Shown here: piece by piece, positions 49,372-64,000 of the stretch | Position numbering within the stretch: the first letter of the stretch is position 1 | Layout of the letters: each line of letters starts with the position of its first letter | Source of the DNA: Macrostomum lignano | Taxonomy: Eukaryota | NCBI GenBank assembly: GCA_002269645.1 | Contig: NIVC01000257.1 | Span: 186,001-250,000 of the forward strand | Length of the DNA stretch: 64,000 nt | Reading direction: 5' to 3' | The notes under the pieces: generated by a model | The model's input: only the letters and a program-made list of their open reading frames with translations | What the model was told of the DNA's origin: nothing | Databases searched by the model: none | Made by a program: the position numbers and the translations under genes

Positions 49372-49990
49372 CAGCCAGCTATGATCTATACAGCAGCCAG
49401 CTATGATCTATACAGCAGCCAGCTATGATCTATACAGCAGCCAGCTATGATCTATACAGCAGCCAGCTATGATCTATACAGCAGCCAGCTATGATCTATA
49501 CAGCAGCCAGCTATGATCTATACAGCAGCCAGCTATGATCTATACAGCAGCCAGCTATGATCTATACAGCAGCCAGCTATGATCTATACAGCAGCCAGCT
49601 ATGATCTATACAGCAGCCAGCTATGATCTATACAGCAGCCAGCTATGATCTATACAGCAGCCAGCTATGATCTATACAGCAGCCAGCTATGATCTATACA
49701 GCAGCCAGCTATGATCTATACAGCAGCCAGCTATGATCTATACAGCAGCCAGCTATGATCTATACAGCAGCCAGCTATGATCTATACAGCAGCCAGCTAT
49801 GATCTATACAGCAGCCAGCTATGATCTATACAGCAGCCAGCTATGATCTATACAGCAGCCAGCTATGATCTATACAGCAGCCAGCTATGATCTATACAGC
49901 AGCCAGCTATGATCTATACAGCAGCCAGCTATGATCTATACAGCAGCCAGCTATGATCTATACAGCAGCCAGTTATGATCTATGCAGCAG
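49372..49990. repeat. Near-perfect 22-bp minisatellite (CAGCCAGCTATGATCTATACAG), ~28 copies
   Basis: Directly visible; variants only at the last unit. Confidence 0.97.
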
Positions 49991-50459
49991 CGCTACCATC
50001 TATCAAATTCTATCGATTAGGAGTTTCCCGATTCAATTCGGTAACAAAAGTACACGCTGTCCCCGATTGGACGGCAGCTAAAATCAATTCCTAATTGACC
50101 TCCCCGTTCCTGAGGATCTAAAGAAACTTTCTCCCCCCTTCAAGCTGCTCCCCTGTTTCTCTACTTGAGCTCAGCAATTTTTCACTCGAACCCGACGTGA
50201 CTGACGCATAGTTAGCGGCCGACCCAGTCGGGAAAGTCAATTGCTAGAGAGCGGCGAGGGCAAGGGCGAGGAGCCAGTTGGGGTTTCGAATCCAGACTGA
50301 CAAGCATAAACGGCTGGGATACATTAGCTAGATTTTACCTGGCAACTAATGATTCTAGGATGCTCAGGACTGCCTTTTGATGGAGAATTGCCGATTTGAA
50401 TTAATCAGAGACTTTAGGCTACTGCTGCATGGGCTGCACGAAGCATCAAGGAATTTAGA

Positions 50460-51583
50460 GCAGAATGGATTGCTAATCTTGCCTACATCAGTGAAGGAAT
50501 AGAATGGATTGCTAATCTAGCCTACATCAGTGAAGGAATAGAATGGATTGCTAATCTAGCCTACATCAATGAAGGAATAGAATGGATTGCTAATCTAGCC
50601 TACATTAATGAAGGAATAGAATGGGTTGCTAATCTAGCCTACATCAGTGAAGGAATAGAATGGATTGCTAATCTAGCCTGCATCAATGAAGGAATAGAAT
50701 GGATTGCTAATCTAGCCTGCATCAATGAAGGAATAGAATGGATTGCTAATCTAGCCTGCATCAATGAAGGAATAGAATGGATTGCTAAATCTAGCCTGCA
50801 TCAGTGAAGGAATAGAATGGATTGCTAATCTAGCCTACATCAATGAAGGAATAGAATGGATTGCTAATCTAGCCTACATCAGTAAGGAATAGAATGGATT
50901 GCTAATCTAGCCTGCATCAATGAAGGAATAGAATGGATTGCTAATCTAGCCTGCATCAATGAAGGAATAGAATGGATTGCTAATCTAGCCTACATCAATG
51001 AAGGAATAGAATGGATTGCTAATCTAGCCTACATCAGTGAAGGAATAGAATGGATTGCTAATCTAGCCTACATCAATGAAGGAATAGAATGGATTGCTAA
51101 TCTAGCCTACATTAATGAAGGAATAGAATGGGTTGCTAATCTAGCCTACATCAGTGAAGGAATAGAATGGATTGCTAATCTAGCCTGCATCAATGAAGGA
51201 ATAGAATGGATTGCTAATCTAGCCTGCATCAATGAAGGAATAGAATGGATTGCTAATCTAGCCTGCATCAATGAAGGAATAGAATGGATTGCTAATCTAG
51301 CCTACATCAATGAAGGAATAGAATGGATTGCTAATCTAGCCTACATCAATGAAGGAATAGAATGGATTGCTAATCTAGCCTACATCAATGAAGGAATAGA
51401 ATGGAATGCTAATCTAGCCTACATCAATGAAGGAATAGAATGGATTGCTAATCTAGCCTACGTCAGTGAAGGAATAGAATGGATTGCTAATCTAGCCTAC
51501 ATCAATGAAGGAATAGAATGGAATGCTAATCTAGCCTACATCAATGAAGGAATAGAATGGATTGCTAATCTAGCCTACGTCAG
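50460..51583. repeat. 39-bp minisatellite (AATGAAGGAATAGAATGGATTGCTAATCTAGCCTACATC), ~29 copies; right arm of inverted pair B
   Basis: Directly visible tandem units. Confidence 0.95.
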
Positions 51584-51934
51584 CAAATTGTATAATTTAT
51601 TTAATTTCGAAATGGCTGCGGACACTCGTAACTTTAGCATACTACTAATACTGCCGCTACTGAAAATTTTGGTGTCGTAAAATCATTTGAAAATTAATGA
51701 TTTTAAAAATTTGTGCCGAATGATTTCTTGAACTCTACTTAAGTAGTAGTAATGTTTGTAGAAACAGAATGTTTGATAAACTAAATTTACTAACACAAGT
51801 CCAGTGTAAGTTGCGGAAAAGTATGAATTTTCTGCTGTTTCTTGAGTGATTGTAATGAGTAGAATAGGCTGCGTTTTATAATCTAATTTTGTAAATTGCA
51901 TTAATTAAAGTTTTTCTTTTAATAAAAATTTAGT

Positions 51935-52040
51935 AACTGTAGTAGTAGTAGTCAGTAGTCAGTAGTCAGTAGTCAGTAGTCAGTAGTCAGTAGTCAGTAG
52001 TCAGTCAGTCAATAGTCAGTAGTCAGTAGTCAGTAGTGTG
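51935..52040. repeat. (AGTAGTC)n heptamer microsatellite
   Basis: Directly visible. Confidence 0.9.
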
Positions 52041-52525
52041 AGTAGTCAGGCGGAGTTTTAGTGTAAATTCCGTGGCACCGGACTTTGATCTTTTCACTCC
52101 CTCGCCATCCCATGCCGCCGTTCTCCCAGATCTGGCAACAGGGGCGACTGGCTGCACTGCAGTCGCACTGCATATGAAATTCTGGCTACTATCGGAGACC
52201 CCAGGGAGGGGGCCGGGCAGTGGTCGTCGAAAACGGAAGGCTTTCTTGGCTGGGTAAGGGAGGGCTCGATAGTTATATATGCATGCTATATACTGCCTGG
52301 GGATGCGGGCCATGGAGCTGAGGTGAGCGGCCACCGGTCTCCAGCATCTTTGCCCACCTCATCGCCGGGGGCACGCCAAGAAAGCGGGATCAGGGAGCTG
52401 TGATTGATTTTCCCATCGACTCCCGTCCACCCGGGACAGGCCAGTGCAAACTATTAATTTCCCTACAGTTTAGCTTCCCTGCATCTGACTTTTGAGTGCT
52501 GTCTCTGTGCCTGTCTTAGTGTCTG

Positions 52526-53150
52526 GCTTCCAAGATGTCAGCAGTTCGTCTACCTCGGCGGTCTGGTTCCCGACGTCCGCGAGGATCTGCGGCGTCGCCG
52601 AGGACTTGCTTGGGCTGCCTTTCGTTCTATAAGGTCAGTCCTGCAGTCCGAGGCCCTACCGGACCGCCAGAGGGCGGCGCTGTTCCAGGCGGTGATCGAG
52701 ACCGTCCTGTTATACAACGCCGAGACCTGGACGCTGACAGACTCGCTCGAGGCTCAAGTCGACGCGGCGCACGCTGGCCTGCTGCGCGCCGCCTTCAAGA
52801 TCGGCAACGAGCGAGTCACCAACACGGCGCTCTATCATCGCGCCGGCCTGGCCCGTCCTAGCGATCTGCTGCGCCGTCGGCGACTCCAGCTGGCAGGCCA
52901 CGTCATCCGCGCCGAGGCCTACTGTCTGGAGCCGGTGCAGGAGGTGCTGCTACTTACGTTGCAGGCACCCTACCGGCGGGGACAGGCGAGGACTCGGCGC
53001 TACGTCGACTGTCTGCTGGCTGACGCCGGCGCCCCGGACTCTGCCGGCGGTGCGGCTTTTGTTCGCGCCCAAGCTTTGAAGCGCGCCATCTGACGCTGCT
53101 TTTGTGAACTGGCAGCGTACTCTGTTGTTGTTGTCTGTTGTTGTTGTTGT
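52526..53150 (+). mobile_element. RTE-type LINE, 5'-truncated 3' fragment with open reading frame to 53093 and (GTT)n tail
   Basis: LPRCQQFVYLGGLVPDVREDLRRRRGLAWAAF...VLLYNAETWTLT...RRLQLAGHVIRA...; stop at 53091-53093; tail at 53122-53150. Confidence 0.88.
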
Positions 53151-53572
53151 CTGTCTTGATGCCTGTCTCAGTGCCTGTCTTAGTGTCTGTCTTGATGCCT
53201 GTCTCAGTGCCTGTCTTAGTGTCTGTCTTAATGCCTGTCTTAGCGTCTTTCTTAGTGCCTATCTTAGCGCCTGTCTTAGTGTCTATCTGTGCCTGTCTTA
53301 GCGCCTGTCTGTCTTAATGCCTGTCTTAGTGTCTGTCTTAGTTCTTTCTTAGTGCCTGTCTTAGCGCCTGTCTTAGTGCCTGTCTTAGTGCCTGTCTTAG
53401 TGCCTGTCTTAGCGCCTGTCTTAGTGCCTGTCTTAGTGTCTGTCTTAGTGCCTGTCTTAGTGCCTGTCTTAGCGCCTGTCTTAGCGCCTGTCTTAGTGCC
53501 TGTCTTAGTGCCTGTCTTAGTGCCTGTCTTAGTGCCTGTCTTAGTGCCTGTCTTAGTGTCTGTCTGTGCCTC

Positions 53573-53607
<35 letters not shown>

Positions 53608-53610
53608 TAG

Positions 53611-53707
<97 letters not shown>

Positions 53708-53762
53708 TAGTGTCTGTCTGTCTGTCTGTCTATCTGTCTGTCTGTCTGTCTGTCTGTCTGCC

Positions 53763-53793
<31 letters not shown>

Positions 53794-53802
53794 GTGTCTG
53801 CC

Positions 53803-53839
<37 letters not shown>

Positions 53840-53842
53840 TAG

Positions 53843-53911
<69 letters not shown>

Positions 53912-53926
53912 TAGTGTCTGTCTTAG

Positions 53927-53965
<39 letters not shown>

Positions 53966-53975
53966 GTCTGTCTGC
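53150..53975. repeat. 12-bp (GTGCCTGTCTTA) array grading into (TGTC)n
   Basis: Directly visible. Confidence 0.95.
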
Positions 53976-54385
53976 CAGTTCTGAGATGCTCACTGCTTGA
54001 ACACGGAATTCTCCAGCACAGCCCAGTTGAACTGCCAAAAGGAGAGAGGATAAAATCAGGATCTCAGGACCTGCATCCTGAAGGTAAATGCAGAATTTTT
54101 AATTCCAGCCAGCCGCTGCTGTCGGTCGCGTGAGGCTCCGAATCCTCCCGAGGAGATTCTGAGTCCGCTATTCGGCTCACTTTTCCATGGGATTGCTTAG
54201 TTTGCTAAAGCAATATTTTTGAGCAGGATTTTTTTAATGTCTCCGACTCGAGCAGACTGGCTGAGGCCTGCTGACGAATCAGGGGGTGGGGGCAGCTTAG
54301 AAGGGATTTATCTACGCTTCCGTGATGGCCCGTCTCTGCCTCTATGGCGCTTCATCATTTTTCACAAATCGGCTAAAGCAGAAAG

Positions 54386-62904
<8,519 letters not shown>

Positions 62905-62915
<11 letters not shown>

Positions 62916-63450
62916 GACTAGGTGGAGACTGGGATGAGACTGGGTGAGACTAGGATGAGACTAGGGTGAGACTGGGTGAGACTAGGGTGAGACTAGGTGG
63001 AGACTGGGGTGAGACTGGGTGAGACTAGGGTGAGACTAGGTGGAGACTGGGGTGAGACTGAGTGAGACTAGGGTGAGATGGGGATGAGACTAGGGTGAGA
63101 CTAGGTGAGACTATGGTGAGACTATGGTGAGACTGTGAAGACTGCATTGAGGCTGGGATGAGACTAGAGTGAAAATATGGTGAAACTAGGTGGAGACTGG
63201 GGGTGAGACTGGGGTGAGACTATGGTGAGACTAGGGTGAGACTAGGGTGAGGCTATGGTGAGACTGGGGTGAGACTGGGTGAGACTAGGTAGAGACTTGG
63301 GTAAGACTGGGGTGAGACTGGGTGAGACTAGGTTGAGATGGGGATGAGACTAAGGTGAGACTAGGTGAGACTATGGTGAGACTGGGGTGATAATAGGGTG
63401 AGCTTACGGTGAGACTAGGGTGAGACTAGGTGGAGACTAGGGCGAGACTG
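62905..63450. repeat. ~10-bp minisatellite (GGTGAGACTA/G) starting at the DEG/ENaC stop codon
   Basis: Directly visible tandem units. Confidence 0.92.
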
Positions 63451-64000
63451 GGGTTCTCTGTTGGAAAGCTTCCAATAAAAAATATCGGTAGTTGCAATTG
63501 TAGTGCAGACGGCATCGCGAACATTGGCTTGTATTATTATGCAATATTTTCCCAGCCACCTGGCATTCTCCCTTGTTAAAATATATCGCTTTGAAGAGGA
63601 AGCTTTAATCCCCAGAGTATTGAGTTCCTGTTTGCAAATTCCTGTTTGCTTAGTGCGGCTCCCTTGATGTTTCTTAAAGAAGGTTGCATCTGGATTGTTC
63701 TGCAATTCAAGTAGCCAGCGCTTAGTGTTCCAGACGCTTCTGCTCCTAAATCTGCTGGTCATTTATTGCTGCTTATCGCATTGCGGCTTACGATAGGCCC
63801 TCTCTTTATCTTTTTAATGCTTTTCATGGGCTTCAGAACTGAATGCTTCAGTGTGTTTGCTCGAATTGAACTGAATTCAAAAGCTGGAATTCAGGTCTGT
63901 CTGTGTTCTGTGAAAGGCTTGCAAAATTATGTGAATTGACGACTGTGCACATACCATGTGTACTATTATAGTACCTGTGAACAACCTATATAAGCCTGTA

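Noticed and set aside
63415-63762. 115-aa minus-strand ORF with faint LINE C-terminal resemblance
   Set aside because: Similarity too weak to support without a search

Overview
Eukaryotic (animal) genomic DNA read with the standard code and GT-AG introns. GC-rich exons sit among very dense mini/microsatellites, about 26 kb or ~40% of the window by my coordinate tally. This style suggests a free-living flatworm such as Macrostomum (inference, not verified). Genes I can build by hand: a FAXC/metaxin-like GST protein (-), an orphan secreted Cys-rich protein (-), fructose-1,6-bisphosphatase (+), a small Cys-rich type I membrane protein (+), two tandem non-alpha (beta1-like) nicotinic acetylcholine receptor subunits (-, 7 coding exons each) and a divergent DEG/ENaC channel (+). 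Mobile relics: a Penelope-like GIY-YIG fragment with a minimal hammerhead ribozyme, a frameshifted dUTPase, a tRNA-derived SINE, two RTE-type LINE fragments and two hAT-like MITEs. Most notable observations: (1) a 227-bp identical tract over the M1-M2 pore region of the otherwise diverged nAChR paralogs, suggesting gene conversion; (2) two separate pairs of mutually inverted minisatellite arrays (foldback-like); (3) arrays that appear to grow out of stop codons, a splice acceptor and a retroelement target site. Most long ORFs in the supplied track are artefacts of tandem repeats.
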